A DNA stretch of 63,944 nucleotides, filler included, from Diploschistes diacapsis (lineage: Eukaryota): the NCBI GenBank assembly GCA_023645945.1. It is 5 parts of 5 records of this genome, joined end to end, with 100 filler letters (N's around TTAATTAATTAA, not from the genome) between each part and the next. Parts side by side here need not be neighbours in the genome. Positions count along the whole stretch, not along the records: positions 25,988 to 38,845 come from JALAIB010000707.1; positions 38,946 to 51,786 come from JALAIB010000708.1; 3 more parts are not named here. One strand, 5' to 3'. Each line of letters opens with the position of its first letter. Position 1 is the stretch's first letter. This document shows, piece by piece, positions 38,687-51,886 of this stretch. The notes beneath the pieces are model-generated. The model was not told where the DNA came from. It saw only the letters and a list, made by a program, of their open reading frames with translations, and did no database searches. A program made the translations under genes and the position numbers.

Positions 38687-38845
38687 ACGTGTTTCACCAC
38701 ACAACGGCCCACCCCACAAAGCGGCTCACTACATTATAATGTAATTACGCTAGATAGTTTTAAGCGAGCTTTTGAGCCCCACAACCACACATAAAAATTA
38801 TTTGTACGAAACTAAATCTGTTTTCAACTACATTATACGACAGTG
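38687..38845 (+). mobile_element. Second Fot1/pogo-like transposon end, degenerate and truncated
   Basis: TA followed by ACGTGTTTCA, then imperfect direct repeat CCACACAACGGCCCAC / CCACAAAGCGGCTCAC (43 bp). AT-rich to the contig end. Confidence 0.55.
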
Positions 38846-38945
38846 NNNNNNNNNNNNNNNNNNNNNNNNNNNNNNNNNNNNNNNNNNNNTTAATTAATTA
38901 ANNNNNNNNNNNNNNNNNNNNNNNNNNNNNNNNNNNNNNNNNNNN
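38846..38945. other. Artificial contig linker
   Basis: N/TTAATTAATTAA/N spacer. Confidence 0.99.
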
Positions 38946-40903
<1,958 letters not shown>

Positions 40904-41722
40904 AACTATGCTTGCGCGCCAGCCAGCCAAGGAGCCCCACCACTGACGGGGATCCGAGTTTGAAGAGCAATGAGCAACGAGCAATGAGCAATGAACAACG
41001 AGACGAGTGGTATGGTAGGGTGCGAAGTCCTCGTAGGCTTAGCTATGTACTGAAAACTTGCTAGACATTTTAGAGCTCGTCTTATCAGTCGGTGGTATGT
41101 AGCGGTTGTCAAGAGCAAGTGGGCGACGACTCGGGCGTGTGATTGGCCAGGACGCTGGGCAGACTGCGCCACGGCAAGAAATGTCATTTTCCACCATGGC
41201 CAGAGCAATCATTCTCCACGTGGGCTTGCTGCGACATTATCATGGCCGAGATCTGAAGCGCTTTCGTGCGGCATCAGATCCAGCAGCGTCGATGCTGCTA
41301 TTTGTTTTCTCCCGGAGTTGCCGGAGATTCGAAGAAAAAGGAGCATCTACGATGGCGCAAGCAAAGACAATAAGAACGTTATAAGTCACCAATGAACTAA
41401 CTACCTTCGATTATTCCCCCGCTCGCAAGACCATTTGCTCCCAAAGCTTGTGTGCCACTAGGATTCACCACCATCAATAGCGATACGAGGATGTTGGCTT
41501 TAGCGGCTGTATAAGAAATGTTGTATGTTTCTAAAACGGCCCGTTCCGGCTAAGGTCAGGATTGCGACTTCTGGAACGGGTTGCTGAAGTGCTCCTGAAT
41601 CCAACTTGACCAGTTTCCGAAGTAATCAATGCGCAATACTTCTTTACATTCTTTGATGTCGTACTCAATCTTGACAGTTTCATTGATTCCTCATGCACTC
41701 CAGACCTTCTCTTTGTCCTCCA

Positions 41723-43919
41723 CTATACCCTACCAGTGACGGCCTTGGTCGCCAAAACCTCCAATCTCTCCGCATAGACTTTCATCATGTGCATCACAGG
41801 ATCCCCAAACATCACAGTCCTGAGCTGCTGGTCGTTGGTGATGCACGCCCGAATATCGTCTTCGCTGCCGCTGGAAGTTCTTCTAAGCACGACGAGCTGA
41901 CCAGCGTTCGACAGTGTTCCCGGCGGTGGTTGCCAGACATGGACAGGAAGGTAGGGCAGGTTGTCCATCTTACGTCTCTTTGGTTTGAAGAATTTGAACC
42001 TTGACGAAGCAGGCGATGCTGCGGCAGAAGGAGACTCGGGCGCAGGCGAGGCGAACAGGTCAATGAGTGATCGGACATATTCTCTGTCCGCTCGGGGAAC
42101 GCTTCAAGGGTTTAGCTTCGGTAGACTGCAGCATCATGAACTTTTACGTACGGATCACCCTCGTTAACAAAGGATAGGAACGAGTTGGCTTGAAAATTGC
42201 TCAAGTCCGGTTTCCTGAGCGGGAGCAAAGAAACTGGTGGAGCGCCGAAGGTGAAGCAATGAATTCGTTTGAAGTCTATTACCACGTCAGAAGAATCTTT
42301 TTCAAGCTGTGTAGACATGACCCCACTGACATCGAGCGAGAGCAATAAGCTCCGAGTTGACGCCCCGGGAAACCATGTGTGTAAACAGCAAGCTAGCCAC
42401 AGCACCGCCAGCAGAGTGCCCGGTCAGAACAAGAGAGCATGAGCTCCTCCCGGGATTTTCCTCAAGCAGCGCACGCAACCGAGCTGCTACTGGTCTGATC
42501 ATTCTTCGAGCCACGGAAAGGAATCCGGAATGGCACAGGTTGCCCGGATCGCCCTATGACAAGTCAGCCTACGGTCTTCCGTAGGTGTGTCATGGCCTAC
42601 CAGAAAGTGCTCTGGAGACGTTGGTGCAGATTGAAGATTGACAGCCCAGTCCATGAAAGTGTGCGTGCCTCTGATAGCAAAAATGATCACGTTCATGTTG
42701 TCCACCGGGACCGACTTCATGACCATCGCCTTTGTACCCATTCGCCTATCTGCCTCCACATGGGTTTCTCTCTCTAGGCCCGACGGTCGTCGATAGACGC
42801 TTTTTGAGTATTGTGCAGCGAGACAAATCAAAGGGAAGAGATGTAGGTGGCTAACCGAATCGATTAGCTGGAAGCATAGCGGGATGTCTTCAAGGTCTTT
42901 ACATGTTGAATGCAGGTAAATTTGGCGGTAGTCTTGCATTTGCGTATAGATTCGCCTTAGCGAAGTAACTCGTCTTCTTAGCGGGATGCTTAGGGATGGC
43001 GGCAGTATCGTTAGTTAGGGGATCCGCAATTCTATTCGAGTGAAAAAATCCACCACGAGGCCGAGGACTAGTAGCTTGTTCTTCTTGCTGCCAAAGTACT
43101 AGTCGCAGGCTATCATCAGCGTGCGAAAGCTACGCAAAGCATGTGTATTCTGTATTTCTTACCCAGCTCTTCTTCACTTCCTCCGTATGTCTCACCATCG
43201 ATGGATGCAAGCACCGAGCTAAGCTTGCGAAGAATGGGATGTGTTGTGCCAGGCTCCGCAGCATGACGATGCGGCTGGACCAAGAGCGCTGCGTTTGCGC
43301 CATTGTCAACTTCATACGGTGGTGGAGGGCCTAGTATTTGTGGGCTTGGAGCTGTACGTTTTGCAGCTGCACCCTGAGCGATATTGGGCGAAGAAGATCC
43401 CTTAAGCTTCAAGCACGGGGAGCTGGCGTCCGAGGACGCAACGAGCGTGGAAGCAGAGGAAGAGAAGTCATCCTGACAACTGCTTGGCGAGGACTGCAAC
43501 GATGGCGGCGAAGGTGGGCTCACAACTGCTTGAGATTTGCGACCCGGAACCGGTTTCCGTAAAGGTAAAGGTTTTCGTAAGAGAGGCCCGCTACAGACTG
43601 CGTAGGGCTGCCCAACTCCAGCCACTGGACCTTGCTGTTGCTGTTGTTCTTGGTGATATCCTGTCTGGTTTGGCTGGGGATTCGACAGTCGAGTAGCAGC
43701 GGCAGCAGCAGCATGGCGTTTCGATTTCTTCACCTTCTTACTACTCTTCACTTCACCCAGTTCGGCAGCCGCAGCTAGAGCGGCCGCTGTCGCCGCCCTG
43801 CTCTCCTTCTCCGCTTTTGCTCTGGCCTTTCTCCTGGCCGCGCCTGTCCCTCCAGCTTGTTGGCGCTTAGCAGCACCACTAGGCCCCCCACGATAGACCA
43901 AGACAATGTGTGGCGCCAT
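41723..43919 (-). CDS. Class 3 lipase-family alpha/beta hydrolase (multi-exon; start uncertain)
   Basis: FAIRGT, DWAVNL, nucleophile elbow LTGHSAGG, CFTFGAPP and FVNEGDP across several exons; low-complexity N-terminus. Confidence 0.85.
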
Positions 43920-44615
43920 GCGAATGGCTTACCACCAGAAAATGCATAACAAAGCAGTAGGTCCACTGCAGCAACGAGGATGCGAAAGAAAGAAAGGGAA
44001 ATTGCCAGTAAGTGTTATGGTGTGGATACTCGAATATTAGCTATTTACGGCAGCAAAAGCAAATAGCCTTTGACTACGCGCCCGGCTCCCTGTAACATGC
44101 TGCTGTAGAACTCCATCCGTGTTTGCCAGAGCCTGGAACTGTGTTGTAAGTTATCGATGTCTGCACACCCAATGCGAGACACCATGTCGGTCTGTCCATA
44201 GCCCAACGCCTTATCTTGGGCCTTCTTCCCTGGAGCCAGTGGGGAAACAAAACAAGGGCCACGGCTTAAGCTCCGCCTCAAAATGCACGAACAAAGTAGC
44301 ACTCCATCACTTGAATCATCTGCTTTCAATTGGACTGCGCTATCAAAGGCCAGGCTTCCTGCATCGTGGCTGTAGACGCTCAAATCCAATAAGCCGCGCT
44401 CATGAGGGGCAAGCTGATGCAGGCTACCACCAGAAGTTTGTGCGCCTACCCGTTTATACTGGTATAAAGGTGCCTACCTACTAAACAAGTTTCTTGCTTT
44501 CATGCCTGCCAAAACAACGCCACAGAAAGGAACGAAAGAGAACGCTGGCTAATACACCCACATTCCAAAGCCAAACTCTGAGAATCGTCCAACACGATCG
44601 GGATCGGTTAAGTTG

Positions 44616-47600
44616 CTACGAGTGGACCCTTGCTTGTCGCTTGGCGGTTCCTATGTGCGTGTTGTGAACCTAGCGAAGAGAAGTCGAAGTGTTAGCGGAA
44701 GAAGTCCGTATATACTAGGTATGTTGCAGCTTTCTGGGAGTCCTCGTGGCTTACCTTTGTCGCGAACTTTAAGCTCGTCAGTGTCTCGCTCAGATGAGCC
44801 TGCAGCGGGCTTATCATGACGAACATGAGTGTCTTCGAGTTGCCGCCGAGCGAATATTGTAGAAGGTAGGTAAGCTGTCAACGAAGGTCAATACAGACGC
44901 GAAGTGCAAAGGCCATTGTAACTGGGAATTACCTTGCTGTTCCTATAAGGGACATGACCTCCTTCCTTCCCTTGCCCAAGAGCTGCAATCACATCCCCAA
45001 GGCAGCTCAGGCTTTTGTTGATGCTCTGCGTCTCCTTCAACCGCTCGCCAGTAGCTCCGCTATGGCTCAGCCTCTCGCTGCCCGCGAGGTCGACCAGGTT
45101 AAGAGTGCCTTCGCTCTTCTCGCCTGTTATATGGTTCTCTCCTAGTAGCTTGAGGATGAAGACAGAATGGCTTCTCGATGACCGTTCATTAGCCTTCGTC
45201 GCCGCTACAGACCGATTCTTCATGGCTTGCTTGAGAACCGTATGCACCTTATCCGGCGAGTCGAGCATGATTGTGTTGACATCCGTGATTGTAGTCTTCA
45301 TCTTCTGCGTGTCATGTCTGATCTCATGCTTCTTCTTGTCGAACTCTTCCGCTTTTCCAAGTAGGTCATTAACATTTTCATTGTAAATCTCGACGAACGA
45401 GCCTTCCATTGAATACCTCCAGCCTTTCTCCTCGAGTGACTGAGCCGTTTCGTAGATCTGATGGACTGCTCTTGGGATCATGCCGTCTTCTGAAGACATT
45501 GTAAAAGTCTTACCCGAGCCAGTCTGGCCATAGCAGAAGATGCACACATTGTAGCCATCCAAGGCACTCTGGACTAGCTGACTGATTTCATCAAAGACCT
45601 CAGCATTCTGCGAGCCGGGATTGAAAACGCGATCGAAGCTGAAAGCGCTCTTCTTAGTTGTTATGGTGCCCAGGCTACTCTTCTCCTCCGGTCCTCTCAA
45701 TTCGACTTCTTTGGAGTCTTCCGTGGCATCAGGGTATTCAATCCGGGCTTCGTCAGCCACGTCTGACTCCAAAGTTGGTCGCACTCTACAGAAAACTCTG
45801 ATGTTACCCTTGAGTTCTTGTACTTGGTTGTGTAGCTTCCTTCTTAGAGTCTCTTCAGTGCGCAATTTCGCTTTGGCCTCTTCTGACTCCCTAACAGCGT
45901 CCTGTGTCCTTTGCTCTAGGTCGGCAAATGCTTGAGACTGGCTCTTATTATCAGACTCGAGAAAGTCGACCCTAGCTTTCGAGCTGCGGAGAGACGACTC
46001 TAAAGCAATGATGTTTGTTGCGGCTTCAGATAGCTTGGCTCTCAGGTCCCGGTTCAGATCTTCTCCTCGCCTGCATAGGGTTCTGACTTGTTCTACCTCT
46101 CCATGCAAGGCTTTTATTTCTGTTTCCTTTTGATTCAGCTGAGTTTCCACCTTCTGCTGTGCCATTTGCCCCTCTGTTGAAAGTGTGTTCAAATCTTTCC
46201 TTCTCTGTTCCTTCTCCTCGTCTAGGGACTTTTCTAGCTGCTTCTTCACTTCTGCCATCTCTTCCCGATGCTCTTTGTCTTTGCTTCGTAGCTCGTCCTC
46301 CGCATCGCGGCGAACATCGTCGAGGTCCCTCCTTTTCTGCCGCGCAAGATCGTCAAGCTCGATGTTGTGGGCTCTCCTTAGATCCTCTAGTTCCTGCTTC
46401 AATGACACTGTCTCTAGGCTTTGCTTCCGGGTGACTTCCTCAAGTGCAAGGACTGCAGAAGACTTTGCAGACTTTACCTCATCAATTTCCCTTAGCAAAT
46501 CTGAATTGAATCTTTTCAGTTGCACGTTTTCGCCCTCTATATCCGTATCTGAATCCACATTTTAGCATTCTCTTAACCAGTAGATGTCGACCTACTTCGT
46601 GTCTTCAGTAGTAGGAGCGTTTCCGTGAAGTTTTCGCGCTCCCCTGTCGCCGCCTCCACTTGGCCCTTTATCTCCTCATAGCATGACTCGATTCGTCCCA
46701 TGCGATCGCCGACGTCGCTATCTGCTACTTTAATGTTAGAATCCTTTGTCAAATACCAACCAACAGCTTTTGGCGTCTTTTTCCTAGTTTTTGTAGGGCT
46801 GGCTACTTCAGGTGCAGGGGTAAATGGAATAGATTGTTTTTTCTTTGGGATCATCGAAGGAGTCTGTGGTGCATTGCAGATGCGCTCGACTTTCGCACTT
46901 TCTTTTAAATCTTGATCTTGCCATATATCTTTGTCTTTTATAGTCAACGTGCTCATCTGAGTAGACAATGAAACGTCGCGTAGACATCTCACCGACCGCC
47001 CTCGCAACGCGCTTCTTGGATATGAGCTCGGCCAGAGGCTAGAACTGCCGCTCTGGCTGTCACGGCTCTCTTGTAGTATTTCTTCTCTCTTTCTGCTCGT
47101 TGAAGATTGACGGGATGAAGAGGAAACTTTTCTCATACTGTTGTTGCTTGACCCATTATCATTGACGTCCCGAACATCTCTGCCATGTTGATCTACGGAG
47201 CTCATGGAGCGTTGACTGGTCGCACCGTACTTTGGTCCGTTCGGATAAACTGACGCGACAGTATGTGGGCGAGATGATTGGGAGGAGACTGTTCGTCCGG
47301 AGCCGTAACTCTGCGAGAAAATGGAACTGTTGGATGCATTTCGGTAGGAGGAGGATGCAGCGGAAGCTGGACGGGAGGAGGTTGAAGACGCGTACGAATT
47401 ATGTCGGTTTAGACTAGCTAGTGAGCCACCTTTGATGGTGTTGCTTGATACTCTTGACCCAGGAGCTACAGTAGCTGGCCTATATGGCTCATTTGCCTGC
47501 TCTGCAAGCGTTTTGCGCTTAAGACTATTGACAGGAGGTGGAGGGCGCATGCCCTTTTGTCGAGCATTGTGTACAGAGTCTGATACTTCTGCAAGCCTTG

Positions 47601-47725
47601 CACTCCCTGGAATTTTCGACATCGTTGACGGGAGCCGTGGTATGAACTGTATCATATATTAATCCACTTGCAGCTTTGGTAGATATGGATTAGTATACCG
47701 AAGCATTATTGCCCTCAGAGTCCAT
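44616..47725 (-). CDS. klpA: Kinesin-14 (C-terminal motor), KlpA/Kar3 orthologue; about 5 exons
   Basis: Coiled-coil stalk, neck [15 protein letters not shown]-loop [45 protein letters not shown]; final exon [17 protein letters not shown]. Confidence 0.95.
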
Positions 47726-48278
47726 CTTTCAATATAAAACTGCGTAGAGGCTACCGTGAGCTGAGCGCATGAAGGGAGCCTTTTCGCGAAGGCTGTTGTT
47801 TAGGGACAAGGTCAGTATTGTTATGGGCAGCTGGTTGAAGATTCGTCGCTTGCTTGATGCTCGCTTAAGTCGTTCTTTTGTTTACATACGAGGAAAACAA
47901 CGGCTATCCAGCCCTGCCGCCAAGACCTAGAGCTTTGCCCAATCGGAGTTAATACTGCAGATCAGGTCAGCATCTTTTGTCATTGACTGAAGTCATTTGA
48001 TTCATACCCGAATGAGCAAGTCGTGATCGTCAGCATGTTTTACATTGGCTTTGTGTCGTTCTCCTTTTTGGCTTCGTGTTTTCAGCATTTCACGTATGTC
48101 CCAATGTTCCTTGTCTATTGCAATCTAGCGGTATCTTCACACTTTTCCATGCCTTAAACCCCCAAACCAAAGCCATATTAGCAAGCGTGTATTTGACTTA
48201 CGCGATACACCTTGACGAACTACGGGCACGCCTGTGCTAGAGATACTTGCCTCGCACGAATCCAACAGAATTAAGGAG

Positions 48279-49392
48279 ATGGAGAGGTACTCGCAGTTCC
48301 GAGATCGAGGTACTGTTGAGGGGAACAACGGCTTCTACCAAGCTAACCCATGATTCAGGTTCTGGAATTGCGCCATTCCTCCCGGTTCCAGGGGAAGCAC
48401 CTGGAATATACTGGCCTTTACACATGTTTTTTTTTTGTTTTCGCCTGCCAATATTCTTTTCGCTCTTGGCCACCTATTTTCTAGTACTGCAATGGCTGCC
48501 AATTGGCTCGCTGGGCAAAAAAGCGGCCCTGTGGTTAATCATCGGTACCCCTGGGCTTTGGTGGGTCGACTTGCAGATGGACGCTGTGAAGAAAGGGTAA
48601 ATGTCCATTTAAGCTCCACCATGATGATCAAAATACTAATTTCTATACAGCACCATAAGCACTCATTCTGACTTGTTTCCCCAGCCTGGATCCGTTATTG
48701 TTGCCTCGTTGACTTCTCCCCTCGATGCGCTCTACTTGGCTGTTATTTTTGATCCTATCTTCACAGCATCTTACCCTACGACTCGACTGCTGCAACCCAT
48801 CAGCTTCCTATCTGCAATATCTCGTGCCTTTGCGCGGCCCCAGGAAGTACCTCCTCAGAATGCAGGGCTCGTCGACATTCCAACCATTGTAGCAAAGCAT
48901 CCACATCGATACATAGTTGTATTCCCAGAATGCACCACTACTAACGGACGAGGAGTGCTAAGGTTTTCTCCATCATTACTGACAGCTTCAAACAAAACTA
49001 AGATCTATCCGACATCTTTGCGATATACTCCCGCAGATATCACGACGCCCGTTCCGAACTCTTTTGTTATTTTCATATGGAATTTGCTTAGCAGGCCTAC
49101 CCATTCAATGCGTGTCCGTATTGCCCAAGCTACTTCTACAAACCCATCCAGGTTATCTGAATTTGGATGCGATTCAAGTTCACTTGATACGATATTAGAC
49201 GACCTGAGAAGCAGCAGCGAGACCCTAGTCGGACCAGACGACAACGAAGGACTCACATCAGGAGAGAGGCGGGTATTGGATAAGATCGGTGAGACACTAG
49301 CACGACTTGGAAGAAATAAAAGAGTTGGATTAGGGGTCAAAGAGAAGCAGGAATTCGTCAGGGTTTGGACACGATCTCGTAAGCGGCTCTAG
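48279..49392 (+). CDS. LOA1: Lysophosphatidic acid acyltransferase, LOA1/VPS66-like; 3 exons
   Basis: MERYSQFRDR|GSGIAPFLP, TSPLDALYL, VFPECTTTNGRGVL and C-terminal VGLGVKEK..F; GT-AG introns. Confidence 0.85.
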
Positions 49393-50247
49393 TGATGGAT
49401 CCCAGCACGGGCGTTTGCATGGATGTGCATCGAATACACATTTTTCGCATCTGCTATTTTCAACAATCTCGTGGCCTAGTTCTTTCCATCACTGCCAAGC
49501 CAATCTACCAACCGCACAAAACGTGAGGTGATTCAAGAGGGATTTCACTCATCCTACCACAGTTCTACGTTATAAAACCAGCTTCCCAAAGTTAGGGCTT
49601 AATCCCGTTTCTGATACCTTCCTCCACCGCCACAAGCTTCCAGAGCGGCCATCGCTGTATGGCAGCAGCTCCAAGGACACTTTAGCTTCGTCCCATCAGC
49701 GCCGTGGAGCCGGTGGGCTTGCCCCTTCCCCTCTCGTCTATCTAAAACACCCCTACTTCTATCAAGCGACGTAGAGGGGGCATAGATGAAGAGCGAGGAA
49801 GGGCTGAAGGGCCGAAGCACTTCGTCCTGATTGAAGCCCGAGGAGAAGAGAAAATGCAATGGAGGTTCAGGGATGCTCTATTATCCTTAAGAAGAGACGC
49901 TTGATTAACGGAAAAAGAGTTCACAGGTAGGAAAGAATGGGGTTTGGTTTTTTTTTGAGAGTGGGAACAATTCAAGGAAATCTTGGTGTTTGGGACGTGG
50001 GCTGCTGCGAAATGATCTGACTATATTGGAAAGCGGAGAGCGTCGATCCGGCTATGTAACCGTCGGAAATAGCTGGAATACCTATTAGAAAGATTTTAAC
50101 TGAGTCATGCATCACAGGCCAGACAAGAGGTTCTTTTCACGCCCAACCAGCCGCACATCAACCTTCATTAATTACAATCCTTTTACAAACACCAAACATC
50201 TCCGCCTCCCAGTCCCTCGAAACCCGGTTTCGAACATCAGCGTCATG

Positions 50248-51030
50248 CTACCAAGCAACGTTCTCCCCGTTATACATGTCATTTCCCTCAATGTTTATAT
50301 TTCTGAACGTCCCGTTGTCCTCTTTGCTAACCTGACGCACAACCTCCATCACCGCTTTCGCCCCTTGTTCCGCGCTCAACCCCGCCCCCTCTCCACCAAG
50401 CTCCGTACGCAAATGCCCTGGCGACAACGCCAAAACACAGAACCCCTCACCCTCTAAAGCATTGGCCTGCTGCACCGTGAGCGCGTTCAGTGCCGTTTTG
50501 GAGATCTTGTAGTGCGGCACGGCGATTTGTTTGAGATAAGGGTTCAGCGTCAGCGAGCCGAGTGTGCTGGTTACGTTGATAATTTTCTTTTTGCCGTGGC
50601 CGCTGTTGGCGCGGAGGAGAGGGAGGAAGGCGCTGGTGATGCTGGCGACGGCCAGCACGTTCGTGTCGAGGGTGGCTCGGAGGGCAGCGGCGGAGAGGTT
50701 GTATGGGGTGGTGTCGGGCTTGGTGTTGTTGGTACTCTCGCGCACGATAGCGGCGTTATTGAAGAGCACATCGAGGTGCCGGTCGGGTCCGAGGATGGAG
50801 CGGGCGGTGTCTACGGCGGCGGAAATGCTGGCTTCGGAGAGGACGTCCAGGCTGATGTAGTGGGCGCGGCCGTTGGAGGCCTCGATCTGCTCGGCGAGGG
50901 CCGGAGGGGGTTGCGGGCTGCGGGCCGTAGCGAGGACAAGGCCGAGGGATGAGGAGGGTGAGTGAACGAGTTCCTTGACGAGGGCGAGGCCGAGGCCGCG
51001 GGAGCAGCCGGTTATCAGGTAGGTGCTCAT
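50248..51030 (-). CDS. Classical short-chain dehydrogenase/reductase (C-factor/CsgA-like)
   Basis: ITGCSRGLG, LFNNAA, NVTSTLGS, catalytic YKISK and SPGHLRTELGG; intronless, 260 aa. Confidence 0.93.
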   Translation of the reverse strand: MSTYLITGCSRGLGLALVKELVHSPSSSLGLVLATARSPQPPPALAEQIEASNGRAHYISLDVLSEASISAAVDTARSILGPDRHLDVLFNNAAIVRESTNNTKPDTTPYNLSAAALRATLDTNVLAVASITSAFLPLLRANSGHGKKKIINVTSTLGSLTLNPYLKQIAVPHYKISKTALNALTVQQANALEGEGFCVLALSPGHLRTELGGEGAGLSAEQGAKAVMEVVRQVSKEDNGTFRNINIEGNDMYNGENVAW

Positions 51031-51523
51031 TGTTTGGGATGATAAAGCTTGTGAAAGTACAGAGGTGGGAGACTATAGGGAAGATGGGGGGGAGAAGAGA
51101 TGATGTGTTCCTTATCTTATATGTTATAGTCACTCCCGTAGAGCATTCATAGGGGATTCTTGCAAATCGACCACAGGATTTCATGATGTCAGTATAATTA
51201 CGAGATACCTGAGGCAGACAAGAGAGATATCTTTGAGACGTTGACTATTGCTTACACAAGCACACCTGAAAAAGCTATCCACAGGCTATGCCAGGGGACG
51301 TTGAGGTAGGATGTAAAAAGGCTCACACTAGGAGACGCCGAGACGGACTTAAGCAATTTCCAAAATTTTATTTATAAGCCATACAAAATTAGTGGTGTCG
51401 TTCAGAGATATGAATCCTTAACGTTCATCATGAAAAGTTTTTCATGCAAAAAAAAATTGCTGGCGAAACAGTCGAAACCTAATAAAATCAACAAAAGCCG
51501 CGAGGCCAATCAAATTTATTATG

Positions 51524-51786
51524 TGTTGAAAAGTGGAAGTGGGGTGACTAAATAGGCAAGTAATGACTAGGGAAATAATGCTGAGTACAATAATAATGTA
51601 TTACTATTGTAGGAGGTAATGAATGAAGATGAAGATAGCGTTAGTAAAGACGGGAGGTGAGAGGTCTTTTATAGACACATTTCACCTAACTAACGCCTAA
51701 TGATTAATATACATTTAATCTCCGATAATGTTGGATTTATAATCCAACATCATGCGCCCCATAATCCAACATAATAGTGGATCTAA
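51524..51786 (-). mobile_element. Partial LTR-like repeat related to 3526-3933
   Basis: GGAGGTGAGAGGTCTTTTATAGACACATTTCAC (51653-51685) is near-identical to 3686-3719. Terminus TGTTGAAAAGTGG resembles 3526. Cut by the contig end. Confidence 0.55.
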
Positions 51787-51886
51787 NNNNNNNNNNNNNN
51801 NNNNNNNNNNNNNNNNNNNNNNNNNNNNNNTTAATTAATTAANNNNNNNNNNNNNNNNNNNNNNNNNNNNNNNNNNNNNNNNNNNN
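51787..51886. other. Artificial contig linker
   Basis: N/TTAATTAATTAA/N spacer. Confidence 0.99.

Noticed and set aside
41723..51030. Lipase, acyltransferase and SDR as a lipid or secondary-metabolite cluster
   Set aside because: Interrupted by kinesin-14, no backbone enzyme, and LOA1 is a housekeeping gene; an ordinary neighbourhood.
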